NCBI RefSeq assembly: GCF_020745735.1
Contig: NC_083445.1
Coordinates: 1,984,001-2,048,000 of the forward strand
Direction: 5' to 3'
Origin: Hemiscyllium ocellatum
Lineage: Eukaryota
Length of the DNA: 64,000 nucleotides
Shown: one piece after another, positions 1 through 12,400 of the stretch
Numbering within the stretch: position 1 is the stretch's first letter
How the letters are laid out: each line of letters begins with the position of its first letter
The notes under the pieces: model-generated
Databases searched by the model: none
Told to the model about the DNA's origin: nothing
Seen by the model: only the letters and a program-made list of their open reading frames with translations
Program-made: the position numbers and the translations under genes

Positions 1-182
1 GGAATGCCAAAATAAATTAAAGGAAATGGGATGTTTTAACACACATTGAAACTTGACACAGCCTAGTCATCTGCTGAAACCAGTATCCACACCAATTCCC
101 TTAGAATTAGTTTGTTTCCATCTGGTTTCACCTTCTTCCTGCTTTGAGTCCATTTTAAGCCTTTGCATTCTGCAGTTACAAT

Positions 183-385
183 ATGGAGTTGCCAGTGTTG
201 GACTGGGATGCACAATGTCAGAAGTCGATTGACACCAGGTTATAGTCCAACAGGTTTATTTGAAATCACAAGCTTTTGGGGTGTTGTCCCTTCACTTCAT
301 CTGATGAAGCAGCAATGCTCCAAAAGCTTGTGGTTTTAAATAAATCTGTTGGACAATAACCTGGTGTCGTCTGACATTCTGCAAT
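183..385. mobile_element. Palindromic Penelope-derived element
   Basis: Arms about 214-279 and 320-378; decayed hammerhead ctgatgaagcagcaatgctccaaaag at 301-326. Confidence 0.78.
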
Positions 386-489
386 TAGTTATTTTCCTCA
401 GAGTAAGAACTTCAAAATGAAGTTCATTATCTCAAAAAACAACTACTGCCTGCTTTAAAACAAACACACAATTCCTTCATGAGTGTGTC

Positions 490-740
490 ACTCTCTATCT
501 CTGTAATCTCCTCCAGCCCAACAAACTTCTGTGATCTCTGCACTGTTCCAATTCAGGCATTTGGTTCATCTCGAATTTTATCACCACTATTGCAAACTGT
601 GCCTTCAATTGCCAAGTTGTTAGGCTCTGGAATCACTCCCTTAACCTCAACCTTTCCCTCTCTCCTCCTGTAAGGCACTCTCTAGAACATCCCCTCTTTC
701 AATCATCTGCCCCAATACCTCCTCATGTAACTTGGTGTTA
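490..740 (+). mobile_element. L2-like LINE 3' end fragment
   Basis: ctatctctgtaatctcctccagccc...gtgccttca...ctctggaatcactccct, resembling shark L2 3' ends; similar piece near 41810-41890. Confidence 0.5.
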
Positions 741-1254
741 ACCATTCATGGGGAAATTGAAACTCTAGTATTTGTAGTCAATGTAACAGTAGTGATTTTA
801 ACAAGGTCAGCCAAATGGACACTATACAATATGAGTTCACTGGCTGGGGCTGTTAATCAGGAGTATTCCATTCATTCTGAGAGCAGGCTCTGAGAGATCC
901 AGATCAGTATCAAAGACTATCCACATGTAAATAAAGGGTGACTCCACGATGGGATACTGGCTTCTGTGAAATAATTTCAGTGGCAATGAGAAGAAATCCT
1001 GAAGAAATTCACTCACAATAGTTATCTTTGAATTGGCATAAGCATTTCTGGTATTGTGCCATTATTTAGGAAGCTTGACTCATTTGATCCTGCCATCAAA
1101 GACTGGGCCCTGTATGTGGGAAGAATGCATTATTGCTTTCCGGGCAAATGACATTGCGGCAGATGAAAAGCAATGAGTAATTCTCTTGATAGCTCGTGGA
1201 TCTACAGCTTTTTTGGTTATTAGGTACCTAACTTTTCTTGAAGCATCAGATTTT

Positions 1255-2495
1255 AACTTTCCAAACATCAACTGGGACTGCCATAGTGTTAAAGGTTTAG
1301 ATGGAGAGGAATTTCTTAAGCATGTATAAGACAATTTTCTGATTCAGTGTGTGGACGTACCTACTAGAGAAGGTGCAAAACTTGACCTACTCTTGGGAAA
1401 TAAGGCAGGGCAGGTGACTGAGGTGTCAGTGGGGGAGCACTTTGGGGCCAGCGACCATAATTCTGTTCACTTTAAAATAGTGATAGAAAAGGATAGACCA
1501 GATCTAAAAGTTGAAGTTCTAAATTGGAGAAAGGCCAATTTTGACAGTATTAGGCAAGAACTTTCGAAAGCTGATTGGAGGCAGATGTTCGCAGGTAAAG
1601 GGACGGCTGGAAAATAGGAAGCCTTCAGAAATGAGATAACAAGAATCCAGAGAAAGTATATTCCTGTCAGGGTGAAAGAGAAGGCTGGTAGGTATAGGGA
1701 ATGCTGGATGACTAAAGAAATTGAGGGTTTGGTTAAGAAAAAGAAGGAAACATATGTCAGGTATAGACAGGATAGATCGAGTGAATCCTTAGAACAGTAT
1801 AAAGGAAGTAGGAGTATACTTAAGAGGGAAATCAGGAGGGCAAAACAGGGACATGGAATAGCTTTGGCAAATAGAATTAAGGAGAATCCAAAGGGTTTTT
1901 ACAAATATATTAAAGACAAAAAGGTAACAAGGGAGAGAATAGGGCCCCTCAAAGATCAGCAAGGTGGCCTTTGTGTGGAGCCACAGAAAATGGGGGAGAT
2001 ACTAAATGAATATTTTGCATCAGTATTTACTGTGGAAAAGGATATGGAAGATATAGACTGTAGGGAAATGGATGGTGACATCTTGCAAAATGTCCAGATT
2101 ACAGAGGAGGAAGTATTGGATGCCTTGAAATGGTTAAAGGTGGATAAATCACCAGGATCTGATCAAGTGTACCTGAGAACACTGTGGGAAGCTAGAAAAG
2201 TGATTGCTGGGCCTCTTGCTGAGATATTTGTATCATCGATAGTCACAGGTGAGGTGCCGGAAGACTGGAAGTTGGCAAACATGGTGCCATTGTTTAAGAA
2301 GGGCGGTAAAGACAAGCCAGGGAACTATAGACCAGTGAGCCTGACCTCTGTAGTGGGCACATTGTTGGGGGGAGTCCTGAGGGACAGGATGTACATGTAT
2401 TTGGAAAGGTAAGGACTGATTCAGGATAGTCAACATGGCCTTGTGCGTGGGAAATCATGTCTCACAAATTTGATTGAGTTTTTTGAAGAGGTAAC
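1255..2495 (+). mobile_element. CR1/HER1-type LINE ORF2 fragment nested in Gypsy gag
   Basis: ORFs 1351-1617 and 1672-2412: APE C-terminus (LDLLLGN...SDHNSV) through RT start (GNYRPVSLTSVVG), with stops. Confidence 0.85.
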
Positions 2496-4334
2496 CTGAC
2501 CTGCTGCGCTTTAACCAGCAACACATTTTCAGCTCTGATCTCCAGCATTTGCAGACCTCACTTTTTATTCTGATGGAATTGGCATCTTTGCCAGTCCAAT
2601 TGAGCATCTGAATGAAGGCAGTTACATAGCATCACTCAAGTCATATCCTAATAGCTGACACCACAGCAAAACCCCAAAACAAACTCAAGCCTTTGCCAAA
2701 CAGTTAAACTTTTCTCGAGGCTCCAGGCTGAGCATACCTGAGAGAGCAAAAGAATCCCACTGGGCCTGAATTAAGTAAGAGAGCTCATAGGCCGATATCC
2801 AGAAGTGTGCACACCTTGGGATGTCCACCCAAATCTGATTTGGAACCATTAAATTGCTTAGCAACATCCAAAACAAAACCAATCAAAATAAATGTCTGGT
2901 TAAATGGTCACCTGGTTCTTTTGGAGGTCGATAGTAGCACAGCTATTTTAGTGTTTGCAGAGCTGGTCTTTAAGAAAATTCACTCTCGATTCCAGGTTTG
3001 CACAAGACCTCAGTTTGATTGAGAGCCTTTCTCAGAGAACCTTTACAGATAAAAGTTACAACTTTGTTTCCGGTCTCTTATAAGAAGCAGCTGGTTCAGT
3101 TACCACTGATTGTAGTGAAAGGGTCAGGCCCAAGCTTGATGGGCAAAATTAGTTAAGAAAGACTCAACTTGACTGACTCAACATTTTTCAGTTAGAAATG
3201 GCTGTCTCAGTGAAATAAGTCCAAATTAAATACCCGGAAGTTGATCAGGAAGGTTTAGGTAGTATCAAAGGAGCCAAGGCCTCCTTGCATGTGGATCAGG
3301 AAGCAATTCCATGATTCTGCAAGGCTTGCCCAGTGTCATTTGCCTTACTTGCAAAAGTAGAGGCAGAAATGAGGAGGTTGCAAAACAAAGTAATCATCAA
3401 ACCAATCCAATTTGTGGACTGGGCAGCCCAGTAATACTGATTGTGAAGCTTGATAGATTGGTTTGCGTTGGTGGGTGAACATTTTAAACAAACGGTGAAC
3501 TGTTTTTAGTAGCAGGATAAATACCCTGCAGGATAGCAGGATTTATACGCAAAGCCAGCAGGGGGGCTGTCCTTCATGAACATGGACATGAGCCATGCGT
3601 ACTTGCAATTGAGGTCAGACAACGACTGTCAGAAGCATGTTACAGTTATTATCCATAATGGTTTGTACCAATGAATGACACTGCCATTTGGGGTATCATC
3701 AGCAGGTGCCATTTCTCAGTGGACGATGGAGAACATTTTAAAGGGTTTACCCAGATCCCCATATACCAAGACGTTTTGCTAATAAAAGGGAAGACTAATA
3801 AGAAGCACTTTGAGAACTTGGATATAGTCCTCAGACATTTCTTCTAGGTGGGCGTATGCCTTGGAAGGGAAGAATGTGGGTTTCAGGCATCCCAAGTGAC
3901 CTAGTGGGCAAGACCGGGTAACGCTTGTTGGAAGCTGAAGTGAGGGTGATCAAAGATACCCCAGCTCCAAACTCAGTATCAGAGCTTAGGTCTTTCCTTG
4001 GGCTGGCGAACTATTCTGGAAAGTTCATACATAATGTGGCCTCTACCCTAGCACCTTTGAAATCAACTCTTTAAAAAGGGTCAGCCTTGGAAATGGTCAT
4101 GTAGCCAAGCCATAGCTTTCAGGGAAGTCAAAAACAGCTATCATCCTGGAAGTCATATTAAGATTCTAAACGGGATCTGGTACTGACAATCGATGCTTCC
4201 CTGTATGTCCTGATGGAGAATGAAGGTTTAGCAGTGATGTTTGGAGTCAGGATGTTCCACCAATACCTTGACAGACATAAATTTGTAATAATAACAGATC
4301 ACAAACCCTTCTAGGTCTACTTAAAGAGGACAAG

Positions 4335-4545
4335 ATGTGGAGGTGTCAGTGTTGGACTGGGAGGTCTACGTTCAAAATTGCACAACACCAGTTTATAGTC
4401 CAACAGATTTATTTGGATGTACTTGCTTTCAGAGTGCTGCCCCTTATAGCTACAAATTATGATCCTGCCCCACTAATTACCTTAAAGCTAGTACTTCCAA
4501 ATGAACCTGTTGGACTATAAACTGGTGTTGTGTGATTTTTAACTG
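4335..4545. mobile_element. Palindromic Penelope-derived element in Gypsy pol
   Basis: Arms cacaacaccag...tagtccaacag and ctgttggacta...ctggtgttgtg; TSD aagaggacaag (4324-4334, 4546-4556). Confidence 0.82.
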
Positions 4546-6173
4546 AAGAGGACAAGGCAGTGCTGCTCACAGCTTCAGATTGAATTCAGCGATGGGTTCT
4601 AATTATAAGTCTGTACAATTACAGGTTGGAACACTGTCTGGGAGGCCAAGGAGCAAATGTAGTTGCACTGAACCGCCTTCTGCTGAAAGGTACACCACCG
4701 GTGGGACCACTACAGGAAGAGTCCGCTCTGGTTTTAAACTTTCTGGACACATTTCCAGTCACAGCTGACAATATCAGACTCTGGACAAAGATCCAGTCCT
4801 GGCAAAACTGAACCAGCTGGTGATGATGGGGTGGGGCTGGTGGGGGGGGAGCTAAAGGGCCATCACAATCAGAATTGAAATGTTTCTGGACCTAGAGAGA
4901 TCAGATCACAGCATTTTATTATGGGGAGCAAGAGTGGTTGTCCGTAGCAAGGGTCAGCACCAAGATACTGACTGAACTCCACCAGGGGTGTACAAGGGTT
5001 TCCAAAATGAAGACATTGATGAGAAGTTATTGGATTGGAGGATTGGATGCAGACAAAGCTGCATTGGTGGGGCAATTCCCACAAGGACAAAAATGGCCAA
5101 AAGCACTCCCCACATTTGTGGAAATGGTTGGGTAAACACTGGACTCGGTTACACTTTGACTATGCAGCTCCTTTCATGAGCTCAATGTCCTTAGTCTTTT
5201 TGGATATCCACTCAAAATGGCTAGATATGCGTAGAGTTAATTTGTCTTACACATGGATGATGACAGAAGTACTGCAAATATTTTACAATACGTGGACTGT
5301 TCAAGATGTTGGTCACAGATAACAGACTATCATTTCAAGCAGGGAACTTGAGTATTTCCTAAAGCCGAATGATATGCATCACATAGGACAGCTCCGAGCC
5401 ATTCCATCATCCAATGGTCTGGCAGAAAAACCATTTCAAATTTTGTAGGCAGGCTAAAGAAAGCAGCCTACAGCTTCACTCGATACCAAACTGTCCCAGT
5501 TCCTATTTGACTATCGACCCATCCCTCATGCAACTACAGGGATAGCTCCAGCAGAGTTGCTAATGGGTAGAAGACTCCAAAACAGGTTAAACCTGATCTT
5601 CCTAGCCTTGAGGGGAGGGTGAAATGGCATCAGAAACATCAATCCTGGACACAATGCTCCACTAAATGAGAGAGACAGCTTACTTTAGGGCTCAAAGTTT
5701 GATGTAAGAATCATGGGAATGGTCTTGCAAGGGTTGGAGGCACAGTCAACGTAAGGTCAGATCCAGTGATGTTAAGGTTTGGGTAGGTGCAACAGTCCTG
5801 AACAAGTACATGGATCATATGAAAGCTGCAAATGTTGCGGGACAAAATGTGCCCTGCTCTTCACTGCCTTTCTGACTGCTCAAAAACCCATGGGGTCTCC
5901 GTCTCCGTTAAGCATTTAAGATACCACAGAATCTGAGGTGGATGTCACCGCCTCAATGACTTTGCCACTTAAAGAGGAGAATAAATTTCTTCTGTGATGC
6001 TCTGAGCACAAGAGACGAGCTACTGTACGATACAGTCCACTGTATCAGAGGCAGAGTTGGAGGAACCTGATCCAATGCTAAAATGCCACAGGGGGAGCTA
6101 CAAAAAAACCTCAGACCCAGAAAGGGAAGGATGTAATAATTGTAACGAGGTCAGCCAGGTGGACATCATAGAA

Positions 6174-6402
6174 ACTGAAACAACTGCAGATGGTGTAAAT
6201 CAGAAAAAAAAATCAAAATTGCTGGAAAAGCTCAGCAAATCTTGCAGCATCTGTGGAGAGAAATCAGGGTTAATATTTCCTGTCGAATCACCCTTCCTCA
6301 GGGAAAGGGTCACTCAACCCCAAACATTAGGTCTGATTTGTCTCCGCAGATGCTGCCAGAATTGCTGAGCTTTTCCAGCAAACTCGATTTTTGTTTCTGG
6401 GT
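6174..6402. mobile_element. Palindromic Penelope-type element in Gypsy 3' LTR (copied at about 55704-55937)
   Basis: Arms gctggaaaagctcagcaa...gcagcatctg and cagatgctgc...ttgctgagcttttccagc; TSD atcatagaa; decayed CUGAGGA...GAAA cores. Confidence 0.8.
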
Positions 6403-6724
6403 ATCATAGAATGAGTTCCCTGATTGGGGCACTCTATCTGGTCCAATCAGGGAGCCCTGGCTGACAGGTATAACCAGGAGTGTCAGAGGTTCTGATCACT
6501 CTGAGAGCTGGCCCTAACAGAGATGGATCAGTTTCCATGTGTAAATAAAGGGTGACTTGGTGATAGGATACCGGCCTCCGTTGAAATATTTTAGTAACCT
6601 TTTGTTGAATGTGTATACACACTTACATCTCTTATGTATCTGAGGAAATGTGTGGGGAGATGGAACATGATCCTCAGGTACACTATTTCAGTGAAACCTG
6701 TTAACTGTGATTCTTCTTTAACAG

Positions 6725-7039
6725 ATCGAGAGATAAACATTACAGTACTCCCTGAAGTGCTGGAGATTAACAGAACATATCATCTGGAGTGCATTGGTCC
6801 AAGAGTCTATCCAAACAACAAACTCATTCTCACATGGCTGAGAGGGAGTGAGATTGTCCAGAGAGATTCCACAGGCGAACCAGGTCTTCCGGATGAAGAT
6901 AAAAGGTTGAGAAATGTCTTCAATTTCATTGCGAGTCAATCAGATGATGGACAGGAGTACACCTGCTTGGCTGAGGTGGACTCGGGCTCTAACATCACAA
7001 AGTCAATCACAAACTCTTCTGTCACTCTGCAAACTTACG
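6725..7039 (+). CDS. ICAM/VCAM-like gene A, Ig domain 2 exon
   Basis: Acceptor ttcttctttaacag and donor TACG|gtaagt; 315 nt, phase 1-1, open. Protein REINITVLPEVLEINRTYHLECIGPRVYPNNKLILTWLRG...YTCLAEVD...VTLQTY has the paired Cys and VYP/LTWLRG pattern of ICAM/VCAM D2. Confidence 0.88.
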
Positions 7040-9429
7040 GTAAGTTCCAATTGCACAAGGTATTACAGATAAAAAAAAAACTTATCTTGTATTATGATGC
7101 AAATATCCAGTAGATGTAAATATTTTCTTTAAGTCAGCCAGAGCGTGTGCAAACAATAGTTTGACAGTGAAGGCCTACAATCATTTTGCAATCACTTTCT
7201 TTTTTACCATGCTGAGTCTTAATAATATAATTCCAAAAGACATTCAAGGCCCATTCTGATTCCTGAGGCTTGATTTTCAAACTGGGAACATTAAGTGGGG
7301 GCCGAAGCTGCTACTGGCTCAATCAGGGAATCCAGAATTGACGTGCTCTGTCATTTCCAATAACTGGATCATTTCCAAGTCCTAATCTCATGCCACACAC
7401 TGACACAAAGCACATCAATTCCAGATTCCATAACTGAACCAATAGCAGCTTCTGCCCCCAGTTAATGTCACTAAGCACCTGGTGATGATGGGAACTGACT
7501 GCTGAGCACAACCCTCAAAGGCAGTCTGCAGCAATGGGTGAGCTACTGCTTAGCAGACTTTTAGTGCAGAGAAGTGGGCAATCAGCCAACACACGTGAAT
7601 TACCCATTATTAAAAACTGTTCTTCCTCATTGTGGTAACCCTAACAAAGTATACGGGAATCACTAATTAATCTCCTCATGGAGCTTGTTGAGTATAAGTT
7701 CCCTTGTAACAGACAATGGCCTGCCCAACTGGAACTCAACACCTTATGGTGCAGTGGTAGTGTCCTTGCCCTGGACCTGGTAGCCTAGGGTCTCGACCCA
7801 CCTGCTCCAGAGATGTGTAATAACATCCCTGAACTGGTTGACTAGAAAAATAGGTTAGTCCCTACCCACATCTCTCTTTTGATGGTTTGCATTTACCCTA
7901 ACAGGCTTTGCGTGTAAATATTAAATTGGATGTGTATACTGGTGATGGCTGGTAACTGTTTTAAAAAGGCATGGTTATTCTAATGGTGGGAAGGCCGCTC
8001 AGTTGTGGGTAATAGCACTTTGGACTAAAAGAAAGTATTGCCAGAGGGTTTTGTGGTACAGTGGTGAGTGTCTCTATCTCTGAGCCAGGAGGTCTTGGTT
8101 CACATCCCACCTGTTCCAGAAGATGTGCAATAACATCGATGATCAGGTTGATTAGAAAATAAGCTTAAAAAAGAAAGTATTACCATTGTACATAATGGGA
8201 TTTTAATCATAAACAATGAATTGGCTACACAAGTGAATGCTGGTGGTTGTTAGTAAAACACAAAAAAGTCAAAGTGATTTGGGTGGTGATAACATCGCTC
8301 AAACGTGCATGATAACACTTCTGGGTGTTAAAAAAAAGGAGAATAAATAAATAAATAAAAACAAGACCCATCGGGGGGGATACGGGTTCTTTATTTTCCC
8401 CTCCAATTTCATTTTGACTTTGTTTCTTCCTGCTCTCCCTAAATCCCCTCCCACTCATTTTTGATGGTTCATATTGGCCATAATGGACTTTCCTTGTGAA
8501 TCTCTAATTGGCGACATAGATGTTTTTATTGGTGGTGGTTAATAGTTAAAAACAAAACATAAATGTCACAGTGATTTGGTGGTGCGATATCCTTCTGGTT
8601 GTGCATAAGAGCATTTCTGGATAGAGAAAAAGGAAAAAGGAGATAAAGGCAGAACCAAGGGATCCAGTTCAAGTCCCACCTCCACCAGAAGTGAGTCATA
8701 ATATCTCTGAACAGGCTGATGAAAATAAAAGCAGATGCAGGATGATCACTTGTAGTGCAGTGGGAATAGAACATAGAACGGTATAGCACAGAACAGACCC
8801 TTTGACCCTTGATGTTGTGCTGACCTTTTATCCTACTGTAAGATAAAACTAACCCACATAACCCTTCATTTTACAGTCATCCATGGGCCTATCCAATGTC
8901 CCTAATGTATCTGACTCTACTATCACTGCCGGCAGTGCATTCCATGCACCCACCACTCTCTGTTTAAAGAACCGACTTTTGACATCTCCCCTAAATCTTC
9001 CTCCAATGCCCTACATGATAGCCATTTCCACCCTGGGAAAAAGTCTTTTGCTATTCACTCTGTCGATGCCTCTCATCATCTTGTACACCTCTATCAAGTC
9101 ACCTCTCGTCCTTCTTCACTCCAATGAGAAAAGCCCTAGCTCCCTCTACCTTTCATCATAAGACACGCCCTCCAGTCCAGATAGCATCCTGGTAAATCTC
9201 CTCTGCACTCTCTCTAAAGCTTCCACATCCTTCCTATAATGAGCTGACCAGAACTGAACACAATAATCCAAGTGTGGTCAATCAGGGCTTTATAGAGCTG
9301 CAGCAATACCTCACGGCTCTTAAACTCAATCACCCTTTTAATGAAAACCAATACATCATACGCCTTCTTAACAATACATCGTACGCCTATCAACTTGGGT
9401 AGCAGTTTTGAGGGATCTATGGACATGGA

Positions 9430-12400
9430 TAGGGGGAGCAGCCCCAGATCGTGGTCCACGTTGGCACCAACGATATAGTTAGGAAGAAGGGTGAGGATGT
9501 CAGACAGGCTTTCAGGGAGCTAGGTTGGAAGCTCAGAGTTAGAACAAACAGAGTTGTAGTCTCTGGTTTGTTACCCGTGCCACGTGATAGAGAGTCGAGG
9601 AATAGGGAGAGAGAGCAGTTAAATGCGTGGCTACAGGGATGGTGCAGGAGGGAGGGATTCCGGTTTCTGGACAACTGGGGTCCTTTCTGGGGAAGGTGGG
9701 ACCTCTATAAAAAGGATGGGCTACACCTGAACCTGAGGGGCACTAGTATCCTTGGGGGGAGGTTTGCTAGTGCTCTTTGGGAGGGTTTAAACTAACTCCG
9801 CGGGGGCATGGGAACCAGGACTGTAGCTTTAGGGTACAGGACCTTGAGTGTAGGGAGGTTAGGAATAATGCAGTGATCTCTAAGGAGGGTGCCTGTAACC
9901 AGAAGGGTGGATTGAAGTGTGTATACTTCAATGCCAGAAGTATAAGGAATAAGGTAGGTGAACTTGCAGCGTGGGTTGGTACCTGGGACTTCGATGTTGT
10001 GGCCATTACAGAGACGTGGGTAGAACAGGGACAAGAATGGCTGTTGCACGTTCCAGGGTTCAAATGTTTTAGTAGGATCAGACATGGGGGTAAAAAAGGG
10101 GGAGGCGTGGCATTACTTGTCAAAGATAGTATCACAGCAGTGGAATGGACAATGGAAGAGGACTTGCCATCTGAGGTAGTTTGGGCTGAGGTTAGAAATA
10201 GGAAAGGTGAGGTCACCCTGTTAGGTGTTTTCTACAGGCCTCCTAATAGTCCTAGAGAAGTAGAGGATAATATTGCGAGGATGATTCAGGAAAAGAGTGA
10301 AGGTAGCAGGGTGGTTGTTATGGGGGACTTTAACTTCCCAGATATTGACTGGGAGAGCTATAGCTCGAGTTCATTAGATGGGTCGGTGTTTGTACAATGT
10401 GTGCAGGAGGGTTTCCTGACACAATATGTCGACAGGCCAACAAGAGGGGAGGCTATATTGGATTTGGTTCTAGGTAATGAACCAGGCCAGGTGTTAGACT
10501 TGGAGGTAGGTGAGCACTTCGGGGACAGTGACCACAACTCGGTGACTTTTACTTTAGTGATGGAGAGGGATAATCGTGCGCCGCAGGGCAAGAGTTATAG
10601 CTGGGGGCAGAGAAATTATGATGCAGTGAGGCATGACTTAGGATGTGTGGATTGGAAAAACAGGCTTCAAGAGAAGAACACTAATGAGATGTGGGGATTG
10701 TTCAAGGAGCAGCTACTGCGTGTCCTCGATAGGTATGTACCAGTCAGGCATGGTGTAAAGGGCCTTGTGAGGCAGCCGTGGTTTAGTAAGGAATTGGAGT
10801 CCCTTGTGAAAGGGAAGAAGGCGGCATATGTAAAGATGAGGCGTGAAGGTTCAGTAGGGGCGATTGAGAGTTATAAGGTAGCCAGGAAGGAGCTAAAGAG
10901 GGAGCTAAGAGAAGCGAGAAGGGGACATGAAACGTCTTTAGCTGGTAGGATTAGGGAAAACCCAAAGGCTTTCTATAGGTATGTCAAGAATAAAAGGATG
11001 ACTAGGGTAGGTATCGGTCCAGTCAAGGATAGTAGTGGGAAGTTGTGTGTGGAGGCGGAGGAGATTGGAGAGACATTAAATCAGTACTTTTCATCAGTAT
11101 TCACTCAGGAACAGGACACTGTTGCTGATGTGAATATGAAATCACAAATAATTAGAATGGATGCCCTGGAAATATGCAGGGAAGAGGTTTTGGGAATATT
11201 GGAAAGGATGAATATAGATAAGTCTCCTGGGCCTGATGGCATTTACCCCAGGATCCTATGGGAAGCTAGGGAGGAGATAGCAGAGCCATTGGCCTGGATT
11301 TTTATGTCGTCATTGTCAACGGGAATAGTACCAGAGGACTGGAGGATAGCGAATGTGGTCCCATTGTTCAAGAAAGGGAGTAGGGATAGCCCTAGTAACT
11401 ATAGGCCAGTGAGTCTGACTTCAGTGGTGGGCAAAGTCTTAGAGAGAATGGTAAGGGATAAGATTTATGAACATCTGGGTAGGAATAACGTGATTAGGGA
11501 TAGCCAGCATGGTTTTGTGAAGGGCAGGTCGTGCCTCACAAACCTTATTGAGTTCTTTGAGAAGGTGACTAAGGAAGTGGACGAGGGTAAAGCAGTAGAT
11601 GTTGTGTATATGGATTTTAGTAAGGCGTTTGATAAGGTTCCCCATGGTAGGCTAATGCTAAAACTACGGAGGTATGGCATTGAGGATACATTAGAGGTTT
11701 GGATTAGGAATTGGCTGGCTGGAAGGAGACAGAGGGTAGTAGTTGATGGATTATGTTCATCTTGGAGCGCAGTTACTAGCGGTGTACCACAAGGATCTGT
11801 TTTGGGACCATTGCTTTTTGTTATCTTTATAAATGATCTAGAGGAAGGACTTGAAAGCTGGGTAAGCAAGTTTGCGGATGACACAAAAGTCGGTGGAGTT
11901 GTGGATAGTGAGGAAGGAAGTGGTAGGTTACAGCGGGATATAGATAAGTTGCAGAGCTGGGCGGAAATGTGGCAAATGGAATTCAATGTAGCTAAGTGCG
12001 AAGTCGTTCACTTTGGTAGGAATAACAAGATGATGGATTACTGGGCTAATGGTAGGCTACTTGGTAGTGTGGATGAGCAGAGGGATCTTGGTGTCCATGT
12101 ACACAGATCTCTGAAAGTTGCCACCCAGGTAAATAGTGCTGTGAGGAAGGCATATGGTGTACTGGGCTTTATTGGCAGAGGAATTGAGTTCCGGAGTCCT
12201 GAGGTCATGTTGCAGTTGTATAAGACTCTGGTGAGGCCTCATCTGGAGTATTGTGTGCAGTTTTGGTCGCCATACTATAGGAAGGATGTGGAAGCTTTAG
12301 AACGAGTGCAGAGGAGGTTTACCAGGATGTTGCCTGGAATGGTAGGAAAATCTTATGAGGAAAGGCTGAGGCACTTGGGGCTGTTCTCATTGGAGAAGAG

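Larger units (their letters stand above)
782..6593 (+). mobile_element. Decayed Gypsy/Ty3 LTR retrotransposon with both LTRs
   Basis: 5' LTR 782-979 (TG...CA) then PBS-like tggcaatgag; gag remnant about 1055-1250; protease-like NGHLVLLEVDSSTA about 2890-2945; RT remnants (DMSHAYLQL; LPFGVSSA) 3580-3720; integrase remnants 4900-5650; PPT agaaagggaagga; 3' LTR 6132-6593. Many stops and nested insertions. Confidence 0.8.
4601..8973 (+). repeat. About 4.37 kb near-identical paralogous tract, copy 1
   Basis: Colinear with 54105-58478; covers the Gypsy 3' half, the D2 exon and old SINE heads. Confidence 0.92.

Noticed and set aside
6057-6368. 103-aa ORF also seen at 55587-55865
   Set aside because: It runs across the PPT, LTR start and a palindromic insertion; chance open frame.
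6692-6724. Upstream in-frame acceptor (atttcag|tgaaacc) for D2
   Set aside because: It has a weaker pyrimidine tract and would add an odd Cys-containing linker; 6724 was preferred. Only RNA data can settle it.
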